Positions 19,747 through 29,877 of a stretch of DNA of 64,000 nt are shown here, piece after piece (the stretch's first letter is position 1; the number at the start of each line of letters is the position of its first letter). The position numbers were made by a program, and so were the translations under genes. Origin of the DNA: a virus. The stretch spans positions 44,871-108,870 of IMG/VR virus record IMGVR_UViG_3300029812_000326. One strand, 5' to 3'. Below the pieces are notes generated by a model. That model worked only from the letters and a program-made list of their open reading frames with translations, did no database searches and was not told the origin of the DNA.

Positions 19747-20892
19747 ATGCCAAATAGTTGTTCGTTAATCACCGTTCAAGAAAAAGTTGAGAGAAAGTGC
19801 ATGGTTCCATTGGCATTTGTCTCTGGGGGCGAAGCAGTTCCTGGAACGGCTTCATTCGGAATGGATCATTCCAATGAAATATTTCAAAATGTTTCAGAAA
19901 AAACTGGATTTTTTACTCTCGAAGCCATATTAGGGCAATATATGGAATTGCCGTATGATCAATATGGAGATCTACTGGGCAAAAATTATCTCAATATGTT
20001 TATATTTACTCCATATTCCATATTTGAAGGAATAGAATATTCCGATGAATATAACAAAATGATGCTTCCATATAAGTATGAACTGCGGTATGATCATTTG
20101 GCTCGGAGTAAAAGTCCGGCCGCCCATATTCGCATTTTCGATCATAACGGCAAGGAAATACCAAAAGAATACTACATGATTTTAGTATTTGGTTCTCAAC
20201 ATTTTTCAATATTGCCGGGTTCATTGGATCCGCGAGCTTATGGTCCATTTATAACAGAAAAATCCCAAGTTGATTGTGCCAAGGCGCGAGCATGTCAAGG
20301 CAAAAATATTTGGGGTGAAGATTGGAGCACAAGTTTATATAGAGAGCGCAGACTTTGGGAATATGCACATCCGGAACTTGAAAGACCTCCCATAAGCGGA
20401 AATTTTCCTGTGGATGAAACTGAAGGTTATTGGAATAGAACGGATGATGGCCGCTATTCTGAAGAGGAATTTGAAAACATGTATGTTTCCGAAGATGGCT
20501 ATTGGGGACAAACCTTGTCTGGAGGACACGTTATATATGATGATATATATGATCGTGGACCAGCAATTTTTCCCGGTCTTTCGGGCCAGATTGGATATTT
20601 AACTTCATACAAATATCTTAGTGGAGATGATTACTACGAAGATAGTACACCATATCGGGTAGTTTTGCTATTACCAGAATTTTTGTGTTTCCAAGATGGT
20701 TTGACCATATGGGTTGAATATAATAAATTTGTAAAATATAATGATGATGAAGAATTTATTGAATTTTTTCATCCAGGATATAGAGAAATTGTCAATCCGG
20801 AATTAATTATTAAGCATGGTGTGGATTATACTTTTGCAATTGTTGATGGAAAACTAAGTGTTGTTTGGATTAATACAGATTTTATAATATAA
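19747..20892 (+). CDS. Structural protein (baseplate/tail)
   Basis: Abuts the previous gene (TAA-ATG); 5 SG. Confidence 0.5.
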   Translation: MPNSCSLITVQEKVERKCMVPLAFVSGGEAVPGTASFGMDHSNEIFQNVSEKTGFFTLEAILGQYMELPYDQYGDLLGKNYLNMFIFTPYSIFEGIEYSDEYNKMMLPYKYELRYDHLARSKSPAAHIRIFDHNGKEIPKEYYMILVFGSQHFSILPGSLDPRAYGPFITEKSQVDCAKARACQGKNIWGEDWSTSLYRERRLWEYAHPELERPPISGNFPVDETEGYWNRTDDGRYSEEEFENMYVSEDGYWGQTLSGGHVIYDDIYDRGPAIFPGLSGQIGYLTSYKYLSGDDYYEDSTPYRVVLLLPEFLCFQDGLTIWVEYNKFVKYNDDEEFIEFFHPGYREIVNPELIIKHGVDYTFAIVDGKLSVVWINTDFII

Positions 20893-20902
20893 TGGGAATC
20901 TA

Positions 20903-22993
20903 ATGGGTAATACTTATTATATAAGACACTTCGCAGGATCTGATGCCAACACTGGATTATCTGCTGACCAAGCGTGGAGAACACTAAATCGCGCACGAAT
21001 CTCCGTTGCTCCCGGTGATACCGCCTACGTAGGAGCTGGAGATTATACCCTATCTGGCGAATCCAAAGATTTTCTTGGATTTCGAGAAGGATCATCTCTC
21101 AGTCCGATTCATTATATTGGAGATTATGATGGATCTCATACGGGAGATGCCGGTGAAGTAAAAACTTCATATGCTGCGGTGGAACGCGGATGGGGAATTA
21201 TTGAAAATTTTGATTTTTGCGGTTATTTTCAACAAGGTGCGTCGTATTTCGGTACAATAATTATTGATGCTGCAGCAAGAGATCCAGATGAATGTAGAGT
21301 GAAATTCGAAAGATGTAAGATAGCTGAAAGATGTTGGATCGATTCAGTTAGCACAATATTTGAAAATTGCTATATGAATTACAAGGAAAATGCTGGAACG
21401 GAATGCATATATGTGTTAAACAATACAACTTTCCATCATGCTATAACATTAACTTTAAGGCATTGCACGGTAATTCAAACCAACACGAACGAACCAAATA
21501 TATTCTTTGCTGTAACTGATCTAGCATATTTTTATTCAAAAAATAATTTATTTATTAATTTTAATATGAATCCAGTTCCTTGGAGTAAAGGGATATATCA
21601 GTCAAATACTGTCACTGCACTCATTACCTATTCCGATTATAATCATTTTGAACATTATAGGGCGCTCCATTATTGGGTAGGGGCGACTGGTTGGTATTAT
21701 TCAGATCTGGTACATTGGCAAGATTCTACAGGGCGTGATACTCATAGCACCGAAGGTTGGGCACATTTGATGTCATTCACCACATTCTTTGATGGATATA
21801 AATTGAAAGACATTTCTCCTTGTATTGGGACTGCAGCAGGTGGACAATACGATGACATAGAAGGAAATGTTCGGGATGGCAGCGCTCCAGACAAAGGATG
21901 TTATGAATGGCAAGGTGATCCAATCAGCCTTATCAAAACATATTTTGTGCGGAAATCTGGCAATGATGCAAATGACGGACTCTCCAAAGAAAATGCATTT
22001 CTGACATTGAGAGCAGCCACTGATGTCATCAGCCAATACGAAACTTGCTACATTGGAGCGGGCACTTATGACGAAGTTCTTTATATGCCAAATTCGGGCG
22101 ATTATACTCAATATATCGGAGATTTAGATGGGAATTATACAGGCGACGAAGGTGAAGTACATATTGAAGCGATGATGAATGTATGCAGTAAAGAGCCATA
22201 TCAATTATCTATCATAAATCATCACGTTTGTTTGGAAAATTTACATTTCTTTGATGAATATTTTGCTAGTCCATTTTGGCGGGCGAGTGTATTAACTCCC
22301 GGCACCCATGGATGCATTTTTTCGAAAGTTAGAGCAGATAAAAGCTTTGCTATGGGAAATACACATTGTTCGAAAATAGTAAATTGTGTAGCATGGCCAA
22401 TGGCATCGTCAGAACCCGGATTTACGGCGATTGCATTTGCTATAGGTCAAACAAATTGGATTTATCATAATACATTCATTCATAATACTGGACAAGGTCC
22501 CGCAGCAGGTTCGGCGGCTGCTATTGGTAAATACGGTATAATAAAGAATAATATTTTTGTATCACTTAGTGAAAATACCCCAGCATTGGATACTGGAGTG
22601 GGCGATGTTATGAATATTGATTATAATTTCTATCAATATAATCCCACTATTGGCGCCGACATGCATAGTAATTATGCTGATTTGGAAACATGGCAGGCAG
22701 TTGAAGGACATGATGAAAATGCTCTTGAAGGAGATCCACTATTTGAGGCAGATGGATATCATATTAAACCTATCTCTCCCTGTGTGGATATGGCAAATGG
22801 TGCTCTCCTTTTTGGAATGGCGGCTCCAATTGACGAAGATATAGACGAAGATTTTCGACCTCTTGGTGCAGGTTCGGACATTGGCGCGGATGAAGTTGAT
22901 TTTCCCCCGCTATTTGAGGAAAATCTTTATGTTAAAGTACCAATGGCAAATATAATCCGATTTATAACTCCAGATTATGCGAATAGGCGATAA
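20903..22993 (+). CDS. Tandem right-handed beta-helix (pectin-lyase-like) protein; putative tailspike/depolymerase
   Basis: Two internal copies of YY/FV...GxDxNxGLS...A(W/F)xTL...YxGAGxY...YIGDxDGxxTGDxGEV, each ending SPC(I/V)...D...R...D(K/I)G..E. Confidence 0.7.
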   Translation: MGNTYYIRHFAGSDANTGLSADQAWRTLNRARISVAPGDTAYVGAGDYTLSGESKDFLGFREGSSLSPIHYIGDYDGSHTGDAGEVKTSYAAVERGWGIIENFDFCGYFQQGASYFGTIIIDAAARDPDECRVKFERCKIAERCWIDSVSTIFENCYMNYKENAGTECIYVLNNTTFHHAITLTLRHCTVIQTNTNEPNIFFAVTDLAYFYSKNNLFINFNMNPVPWSKGIYQSNTVTALITYSDYNHFEHYRALHYWVGATGWYYSDLVHWQDSTGRDTHSTEGWAHLMSFTTFFDGYKLKDISPCIGTAAGGQYDDIEGNVRDGSAPDKGCYEWQGDPISLIKTYFVRKSGNDANDGLSKENAFLTLRAATDVISQYETCYIGAGTYDEVLYMPNSGDYTQYIGDLDGNYTGDEGEVHIEAMMNVCSKEPYQLSIINHHVCLENLHFFDEYFASPFWRASVLTPGTHGCIFSKVRADKSFAMGNTHCSKIVNCVAWPMASSEPGFTAIAFAIGQTNWIYHNTFIHNTGQGPAAGSAAAIGKYGIIKNNIFVSLSENTPALDTGVGDVMNIDYNFYQYNPTIGADMHSNYADLETWQAVEGHDENALEGDPLFEADGYHIKPISPCVDMANGALLFGMAAPIDEDIDEDFRPLGAGSDIGADEVDFPPLFEENLYVKVPMANIIRFITPDYANRR

Positions 22994-22996
22994 TAT

Positions 22997-23716
22997 ATGA
23001 ATCAGAAAGAATTTTGGTTTCCTGAAATATCAAAAGGATTTTTTAAATACAACCGGAAATTCTATTCAACATTTTCTATGATAGCAGCTTTAGGTCACGC
23101 TGTCGATTGGCATAAGGATCCTGTAGTTCCAATTAAAACTGAACGTGGGCATTATTGTGGAAAAATTTCGAAAGAAAGAGTGAAAATAATTGATCCTTAT
23201 ACTGTTCAAGTTCAGCATAAACCATTATATTTTTGGGATGGTCCCCGCGATCCGGAATTATTTAACGAATATTATGGCTATTCAAAAAACATTGATGGTC
23301 CGGATCAAGGAAGCATATTTGATACTGACCATGATATAAGTCCGAGCGGTGAAATCATTGCAAATAATCCATGGCCAAGATATATACCTCCACATCTATT
23401 GGATGCGCCCGTTTGCGATGAAGATTATGGTTTTTGGCCAGAAAATGATGCGTTGGCTGAGAGCGAACCAGCATATTCCCATGGAATTGATATCTACATA
23501 AATAGAATATTAATAGGCAATGAAATTATTGAAACATATGATTTTTGGAATGGGTTGATAATTTTTAAATATCCAATAAATCCGGAGGATGTTATTGAGG
23601 TAACATATTTATATGAACAAGTTAAAGCGGTTATTCCTGATGTAAATCTCAATCCTATATATCCGGAAATGCCCTGTAGTGGGGAAACAGAATTCATTGA
23701 GTGTATAAAAGTTTAG
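22997..23716 (+). CDS. Structural protein
   Basis: Ig-like baseplate signature (D..NG.I.F...I...D.IEVTY.Y); operon context. Confidence 0.5.
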   Translation: MNQKEFWFPEISKGFFKYNRKFYSTFSMIAALGHAVDWHKDPVVPIKTERGHYCGKISKERVKIIDPYTVQVQHKPLYFWDGPRDPELFNEYYGYSKNIDGPDQGSIFDTDHDISPSGEIIANNPWPRYIPPHLLDAPVCDEDYGFWPENDALAESEPAYSHGIDIYINRILIGNEIIETYDFWNGLIIFKYPINPEDVIEVTYLYEQVKAVIPDVNLNPIYPEMPCSGETEFIECIKV

Positions 23717-23719
23717 AAT

Positions 23720-24355
23720 ATGATATATTATCCGCGCGAAAATTTATACAGATTTTGGATTATTGAAGATGATCTGGTTGAAAGATCTTCGGTTATCAAT
23801 GTTCGGAAACTTAATGCGAAAACTGGTGACATTTCTAATGTTGGAGAAGATGAACTTTTGGTTGGAGACGAATCCGTTGCCAGTATCGTTAAACGCAAAT
23901 TGTCCATTGTTGATGTTCGTAATCGTCCAGAATTAATAGATCCGAAAACTGCAATATATAAACAGCCAGAAGTTGATTATTATACGGATATTGGCTATGC
24001 AGATGGATTGCCATATCAAGGCGATGCAGTCATAATTATTAATATTCCATTCTCCAAATTGAAACAATTGGCAAAAAAAATTCATGATCAGTCATATAAT
24101 TCATTGGGCATCAATTCTGATATTCAACATATTATATATGAAAATTATTCACAGGAATTTGGTGACTGTGGAATATCGAATATTTTGGAATTGAAAGAAC
24201 TTTATGCTTGGGATGATACTGACATGGATGATGTTAATAAATATATGGATTTTATAAATAATTGCTATGAAGACGCTAAAGCATTGGTTAAAAAAATTAT
24301 AAAAAAATATTTAGCCTTTGGAATTTTACCTATTGTACAATATATCAATACATGA
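23720..24355 (+). CDS. Structural protein
   Basis: DIGYADGLPYQG and C-terminal IKKYLAFGILP; operon context. Confidence 0.5.
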   Translation: MIYYPRENLYRFWIIEDDLVERSSVINVRKLNAKTGDISNVGEDELLVGDESVASIVKRKLSIVDVRNRPELIDPKTAIYKQPEVDYYTDIGYADGLPYQGDAVIIINIPFSKLKQLAKKIHDQSYNSLGINSDIQHIIYENYSQEFGDCGISNILELKELYAWDDTDMDDVNKYMDFINNCYEDAKALVKKIIKKYLAFGILPIVQYINT

Positions 24356-27027
24356 AATATTTAACTTCGTATCGTAATATTATTCCAATTTCGCAACGAT
24401 TAGAATTCGAAAAGCATTTGCGACAACAAGTTGATAAAGGCAGAATTCGTAGCGAAATGGAATTTGCAGATCAACTTAAAGATGCAGTCGGTCAAATTGA
24501 TCCAAGCAATAAACCGATTTTCATAGTTAGTTTGGCAAATCTGTGGTCTAAAACAAATAGTAAAGTTTATAATGGAATGATGGACAACGCAAAAATTGAT
24601 TTATTTGCACTATTTAAAGAAAACAATTTATCAAATTATATTTTGGGCTTGCAAGAAAATATTAGCAAAGATTTCAATGACAACGTTTATGATGCAATTG
24701 TAAATTTGCAGGGAGAAATTGCTTCGCAGAAAATTAAATTCGAAAATAAACAGGGACAAAAAGCAACAATATATGAATCATTCACAGACATTACTGGAAG
24801 AACGTTAGCAGATGTTATTGTACGACATGGAGCACTCACACTAGATAATTATTCTGCTGAAGTTCATATCTATACTTTGGAAAATGCTGAAGTGTATCGG
24901 TATCCCAGTGCGGGTATAAATTTATTTGTTTCCGCCGGGAATGATGTAGAACTTAATCCGTCAATCCTACAGCCAGGACTATCTCAAGGATATTGGTCGG
25001 AAGCAATTTTAAGCGATGCAGTGCCATCATTACTCTTTCAAGATGATGATATTGTTCCATGGAACAAACTATTTCGCGGGATTTTAGTAATTTTGCGATT
25101 GACATTTGCAACGCCCATATCAATGAATGCGCTGGATATTGATCCTTTTACCATATTTGACGTCCGAATACCATGGCTCCGCTATAAATTGGAAGATTCA
25201 GAAAATTGGAATTATGTCATAAAAGATGATACGCGAATCAATGGAATGGGCCGCGAAATAATAAATTTCCGGAATTTTGACAGAGTAAATCATGTTAAAA
25301 TATTGGAAATTCCGTTTTGGCAAATTAATGCATATGCAAATAGATACACAATTTCTGCTGGAACGAAAGAGGAATTGGATCTTTGGCAAGACATTTTAAA
25401 TGGAAAATATAAAAATTTGGAAGCAAGTAAACATGAAGCATTATATAATCCTATTGAAGAAACTAATTATGACGAAGCTATATATAAATTATTCGAACAA
25501 AAAAATCTGTCTAAAAGTTTGGAAAATATAGCAAAGTTTTTAGGAATTGAAAATAAAAAATTTAGGCGGGTGGGTTCCAAAATTGTTTTAGAAAATTTAA
25601 AAATTGAAAATCCATTTTTCACACAAAGCGAAAAATACGAATATGTGTATGGAGCATATTCAATATTACCAATGGATATAAAATATAAACCATTTGGTGT
25701 GTTTTCGTCTTCTCCAATTAATATTGTGGAACAACCGATTAATTCGTTTTCAATAAGTGCCGCGGAGGAAGAACCAGCAATCTGTAGTATAAATTATTTT
25801 ATAAAATTGGATTCAGGACAAAAGTATGGATTGGTTCCCAAAGGTAAAATAAAAATTCGTGAACATTTGTCAATTACATCCGACGAAAAATCGTTTCCAA
25901 GAGCATATTACACGGATGGTTTATGTTCTGAAGAATATACTATTCAAACTGATTGTGAAATTAAACAATTAAATAAATTTATTCCAACATTTTATATTGA
26001 CAATGATAAAGATATCAACGTTTATAGAAATGGAACCCAATTGTCGGGCGTTGTAGTTGATCCAAAAGAACGGTATGCATATATTGATGTAACGGGAACT
26101 CTTACTGATTATAGAGAAATAGTTGCATCAGATGTCATTATGATAGAATATGATATGGATCCCTTGTATCAACCGCCAGGAAAAAAACAATTTAATCCAT
26201 TTTATTCGGAAACGGAAGGAATTGTTGATACATATATATTATCTTTAGAAGGCGGCGCCCCATTAGATATTTACCGGGGTTATGATTTATATGTTGGATT
26301 CCCTGATACTCAATGGTTTTTGATGAGCGGAGGCACATTTGTAGTAACTGAAAATACAATATTAGTATCAGGTATGGCAGTTCAATCCTTGGTAGACGAA
26401 TGTGAAATTAATGTTATGGGAATAAAATTTATGTTTGAATATTATTCCACAATTGATGATTTTAATGGAAATTTAGGACGGCGAGATTTTGCTGGAAGTC
26501 CTTATATTGTGGATTTGATCCAAGCTCATACATGTAGATCAAAAATTGATCCAGCAGGATCTATGCCAGAATTAGAAATTGTGCCTATAAAAACATTATC
26601 ATTGCAGCGTTTTTCTGGTAAATTTAAATTGACAAATTATATAATTGAATTGCCTGTTAGACCCATAATTAATTTTAGGCTTTATAATTATAATGGCACA
26701 TGGAAAGATGAACCAGGCACAGAAGAAACATATTCACCTATAGAAGTTAAAATTGGGGATATTATAGCTATTGATAGAACGAATTATTTTGAAAAACATC
26801 AAAGTTTGCATCCATATAGCGAAATTGGACAATACGAATTTTATTTAAAGGGAAATAAATTATATTTTAATGCCGAATCTGCAAACGCCGATATAACGAT
26901 ATCTTTTAGATATATTGGGAAAATTGCCAATTTATTGATAGAATATAACACGAATGTTATGCACATTTCATCATATACACCAATTATTCAAAATTACATA
27001 TTAAATTTGGGAATGATAAATGTATAG
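24352..27027 (+). CDS. Large baseplate/tail protein (paralog family ending TPxIxxY)
   Basis: N-terminal S..YN......DL..L helix; C-terminal YTPIIQNYIL. Confidence 0.55.
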   Translation: MKYLTSYRNIIPISQRLEFEKHLRQQVDKGRIRSEMEFADQLKDAVGQIDPSNKPIFIVSLANLWSKTNSKVYNGMMDNAKIDLFALFKENNLSNYILGLQENISKDFNDNVYDAIVNLQGEIASQKIKFENKQGQKATIYESFTDITGRTLADVIVRHGALTLDNYSAEVHIYTLENAEVYRYPSAGINLFVSAGNDVELNPSILQPGLSQGYWSEAILSDAVPSLLFQDDDIVPWNKLFRGILVILRLTFATPISMNALDIDPFTIFDVRIPWLRYKLEDSENWNYVIKDDTRINGMGREIINFRNFDRVNHVKILEIPFWQINAYANRYTISAGTKEELDLWQDILNGKYKNLEASKHEALYNPIEETNYDEAIYKLFEQKNLSKSLENIAKFLGIENKKFRRVGSKIVLENLKIENPFFTQSEKYEYVYGAYSILPMDIKYKPFGVFSSSPINIVEQPINSFSISAAEEEPAICSINYFIKLDSGQKYGLVPKGKIKIREHLSITSDEKSFPRAYYTDGLCSEEYTIQTDCEIKQLNKFIPTFYIDNDKDINVYRNGTQLSGVVVDPKERYAYIDVTGTLTDYREIVASDVIMIEYDMDPLYQPPGKKQFNPFYSETEGIVDTYILSLEGGAPLDIYRGYDLYVGFPDTQWFLMSGGTFVVTENTILVSGMAVQSLVDECEINVMGIKFMFEYYSTIDDFNGNLGRRDFAGSPYIVDLIQAHTCRSKIDPAGSMPELEIVPIKTLSLQRFSGKFKLTNYIIELPVRPIINFRLYNYNGTWKDEPGTEETYSPIEVKIGDIIAIDRTNYFEKHQSLHPYSEIGQYEFYLKGNKLYFNAESANADITISFRYIGKIANLLIEYNTNVMHISSYTPIIQNYILNLGMINV

Positions 27028-27985
27028 ATATTTAGTAGTTTCGCCATATACAATCAATAGAAGTAAAGCGAAACAATATTTTGATGAATTTTTAATTCAT
27101 CTCAATGCGCCTGGAATTAAAGGAACTTATACATTTTTTGAAGAATTAATGAAGCTTACCGCACAATTTTATTCTTCAATATCGAAACCCACATTTGGAC
27201 ATCAATTTATGGTTGACAAACGGGAGAGTCCATCATCAGGAAAAATGAATGAAACATGGACAATATTCAATGAGGATTTATATATTATATTTGACCAACA
27301 AAATGTTATTGATAATTGTTTAATAACAAATTTTAATTATTTTCAAACCAAAAAGGAAAATATATTAAATAGGATTAAAATATGTAGTGAAAAATTGAAT
27401 ATAGCTTCTGCTATAACACAATCAAAAGATTCTCCCATTTTTGAAATTAAAGAAAATTTTGATACGATAAGCAATATTGATTTTGAATTAATACCCGAAC
27501 AAGATGTGGCGACATATGATCAATTTCTTGGTGGTATAACATTGAGAAGTTCAATAGGAAATAAGGCAAATAAAAAAGATATATCGAAATTTGAAGTTAA
27601 AATTTATTGGAATGGCAAAGAAATAGTTGAAGAAGAATTGTTGAATTCTCCGGACATAAATGATGGGAAACTTTATGGAGTTAATGCTGACCGTGGAGAA
27701 AATGGCATAAGAATAGGTTTAACATCTTTATCAAAAGCGCCACAATATATTGAACCGCCGGAAGAATTGGAAGAAGAGCCGATAGAAGAAGAAGTCAAGG
27801 GTCCAAAGGAAGGCGATACTAGAACATTGACAAAAAGTAAAAAAATAAGAGTTGGTTTATCAGATAAAACTATGACCATAACATTATTTCAAATATATAA
27901 AAATGGGCAATGGGTTAGGATAGGCGTAGAAATTTGTATTGATGGTAAATGCAGCACATCGTCCGATTTTAGTGCGTGGGATTAA
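27020..27985 (+). CDS. Baseplate/tail protein; N-terminal half of a paralog-family member
   Basis: ESPSSGKMNETWTIFNEDLYIIF matches the family N-terminal motif; lacks the C-terminal TP motif. Confidence 0.5.
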   Translation: MYRYLVVSPYTINRSKAKQYFDEFLIHLNAPGIKGTYTFFEELMKLTAQFYSSISKPTFGHQFMVDKRESPSSGKMNETWTIFNEDLYIIFDQQNVIDNCLITNFNYFQTKKENILNRIKICSEKLNIASAITQSKDSPIFEIKENFDTISNIDFELIPEQDVATYDQFLGGITLRSSIGNKANKKDISKFEVKIYWNGKEIVEEELLNSPDINDGKLYGVNADRGENGIRIGLTSLSKAPQYIEPPEELEEEPIEEEVKGPKEGDTRTLTKSKKIRVGLSDKTMTITLFQIYKNGQWVRIGVEICIDGKCSTSSDFSAWD

Positions 27986-29313
27986 ATGGTGAATTAATTA
28001 TGGCATTAACTGAATTATACATAAATAAAATTTTTGACGTAGAAACTGACCAAGCTAATGTGGAAAGTTTTGCGGAAATAGAACGAATAATTTTGCTTGA
28101 TCAAGAAGTTCCCGCAATTGAACGAGCTAAAAATGAAATTGCACATAAAATTGGAACTAAGAAAACAACTGCAATGTTTCATCAACCATTTTCATCTAAA
28201 ACAGATTTGAAAAATAATAAATTAACAGCTCAATATATTATTTCTTTAAAACAAGCAAAACCTGTGAATCAAATAACACTTACAAGTCATAATTTTGGAG
28301 AAAATTGTTATTTGAAAGTGAATGAATTAAAAATTTTTGATGGCACATTAAAGGAAATTCCAACATTTAAGCGGGGAGCCGCAATTGTTCAAGAAGTATC
28401 AACAAAGATGGCTGATAATCAATATGCGCGCACCATCCGATGGTTATTTCCTGCAACTAATGTGTCACAAATTATACTTGAATTAGAACAAACAAATTAT
28501 TATCCTGTGCGATATTCATTGGCGTGTTATTGTCCTTATTACCTCGTGGCAGGAAAGATTGATACTTCAGCAAATCCTAGCGAAGCTAAATTAATTGATA
28601 TTTCTTGCAAAGCACTGTTTAATGATATAGTAAAAAGTTTCGGACCAGAAGCATTAACAAATATTGAAGCAGTTAATTCAGCATTAGATTTTTCTGTTGC
28701 TGAATTAGCAAAATATTACGATTTTTATATGAATTATGGACCGGGATTGCCTCCTGGCGCCCTTGGAAAGTTGGCTCCTTTGCCAGAATTTAAATTGAAC
28801 ACGGACGTTGGTCAAAACGGAATTTTCACAGTTCCTCGAGAGGAATCAAATCGATATAGATATGCAATAGGAATAGCTGATATTAGTCTTGGATTGATGA
28901 ACTATGACATCGCGTCCATATTTGTTTCGAAACCTCATAGAATTAAACAATTGAGCGAAATTTCATTGGAAGTCAATGATTTTATACCAATAGAATTTGG
29001 GGTTGGCGAATGGATGAAATATTATATATCATTTGATAATGGTGTGTCATATATAAGAATAAATCCAATAAATTACAATGATATTAAATTTGCAGATAAT
29101 CTTGTAATCCCGAAAACAATATATTGCAATTCAGATATTTCTGATGAATATAAAAATAGAAATCCAAGTGGGATTCATGCTTATTATGATTCCGATTCGA
29201 AAATTGAAAATGTCCGACTCAAAGTTGAACTATTTCGTCCATCCGAACTTGAATATAAAAATTTTACTCCAATACTTTATTCATACACATTAAAAATTAA
29301 ATTAACGAGATAA
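27976..29313 (+). CDS. Baseplate/tail protein; C-terminal half of a paralog-family member (start may be ATG 28000)
   Basis: RYRYAIGIADI...FVSKP...ISLEV...YYISFD..., ending FTPILYSYTLK. Confidence 0.5.
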   Translation: MGLNGELIMALTELYINKIFDVETDQANVESFAEIERIILLDQEVPAIERAKNEIAHKIGTKKTTAMFHQPFSSKTDLKNNKLTAQYIISLKQAKPVNQITLTSHNFGENCYLKVNELKIFDGTLKEIPTFKRGAAIVQEVSTKMADNQYARTIRWLFPATNVSQIILELEQTNYYPVRYSLACYCPYYLVAGKIDTSANPSEAKLIDISCKALFNDIVKSFGPEALTNIEAVNSALDFSVAELAKYYDFYMNYGPGLPPGALGKLAPLPEFKLNTDVGQNGIFTVPREESNRYRYAIGIADISLGLMNYDIASIFVSKPHRIKQLSEISLEVNDFIPIEFGVGEWMKYYISFDNGVSYIRINPINYNDIKFADNLVIPKTIYCNSDISDEYKNRNPSGIHAYYDSDSKIENVRLKVELFRPSELEYKNFTPILYSYTLKIKLTR

Positions 29314-29877
29314 ATGAATAAAAAATGGTCCAAAAAATATGATCGTTGTCAAAAATGTGGAACCACGGGAAGTCCGCATGCCGGGCATGGATTATGTAGA
29401 AAATGCCATGAAATATGGTATTATAATAATCCAAAAGGAAATAAAATTAAACAAAAAGTTGCAAAAAAATATCATAGTTCAGAAAAAGGCAAACTTGTAT
29501 TTCGAAATGCAACTAAAAAATGGAGGTTGTTGCATCAAGAAGAAATAAGAATTTATTCTAAAGAATATAATCAACGCCCAGAAATAAAGAAGAATAACAT
29601 AATAAAAACAAATATTCGTCGGGCGCGGAAAAAATCCGTAGATTTTTGGTCTGAAGAAATGTCTGAACGATGGGAATGGATAATAGATGCAACAGAGGGA
29701 TATTGTCCATGTTGTGGAGAACCATTTGATAATGGAAAACATAAACTTACAATGGATCATATAATTCCATTAACTCCAAAATCAGGAGATCCACAAGGAA
29801 TTCATCATATTGATAATGTTCAAGTATTATGTAAAAGTTGTAATAGTTCAAAACATAATAGGTTGGAACCGAAATGA
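29314..29877 (+). CDS. HNH homing endonuclease (family A), close paralog of 14753-15499
   Basis: KWSKKYDRCQKCG...HAGHGLC; VDFW...DATEGYCPCCGEPFDNGKHKLTMDHIIP; near-identical DNA to 15278-15355. Confidence 0.9.
   Translation: MNKKWSKKYDRCQKCGTTGSPHAGHGLCRKCHEIWYYNNPKGNKIKQKVAKKYHSSEKGKLVFRNATKKWRLLHQEEIRIYSKEYNQRPEIKKNNIIKTNIRRARKKSVDFWSEEMSERWEWIIDATEGYCPCCGEPFDNGKHKLTMDHIIPLTPKSGDPQGIHHIDNVQVLCKSCNSSKHNRLEPK

Noticed and set aside
3471-23720. Genome-wide TAG reassignment (code 15), suggested by the in-frame TAG at 3471 and the in-frame TAG junction at 23714-23720
   Set aside because: Very long ORFs (2044, 1065, 891 aa) are intact under code 11. The 23716/23720 junction fits the stop-WWT-ATG pattern also used with TAA and TGA. 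Other TAGs (3158, 54680) behave as normal stops.
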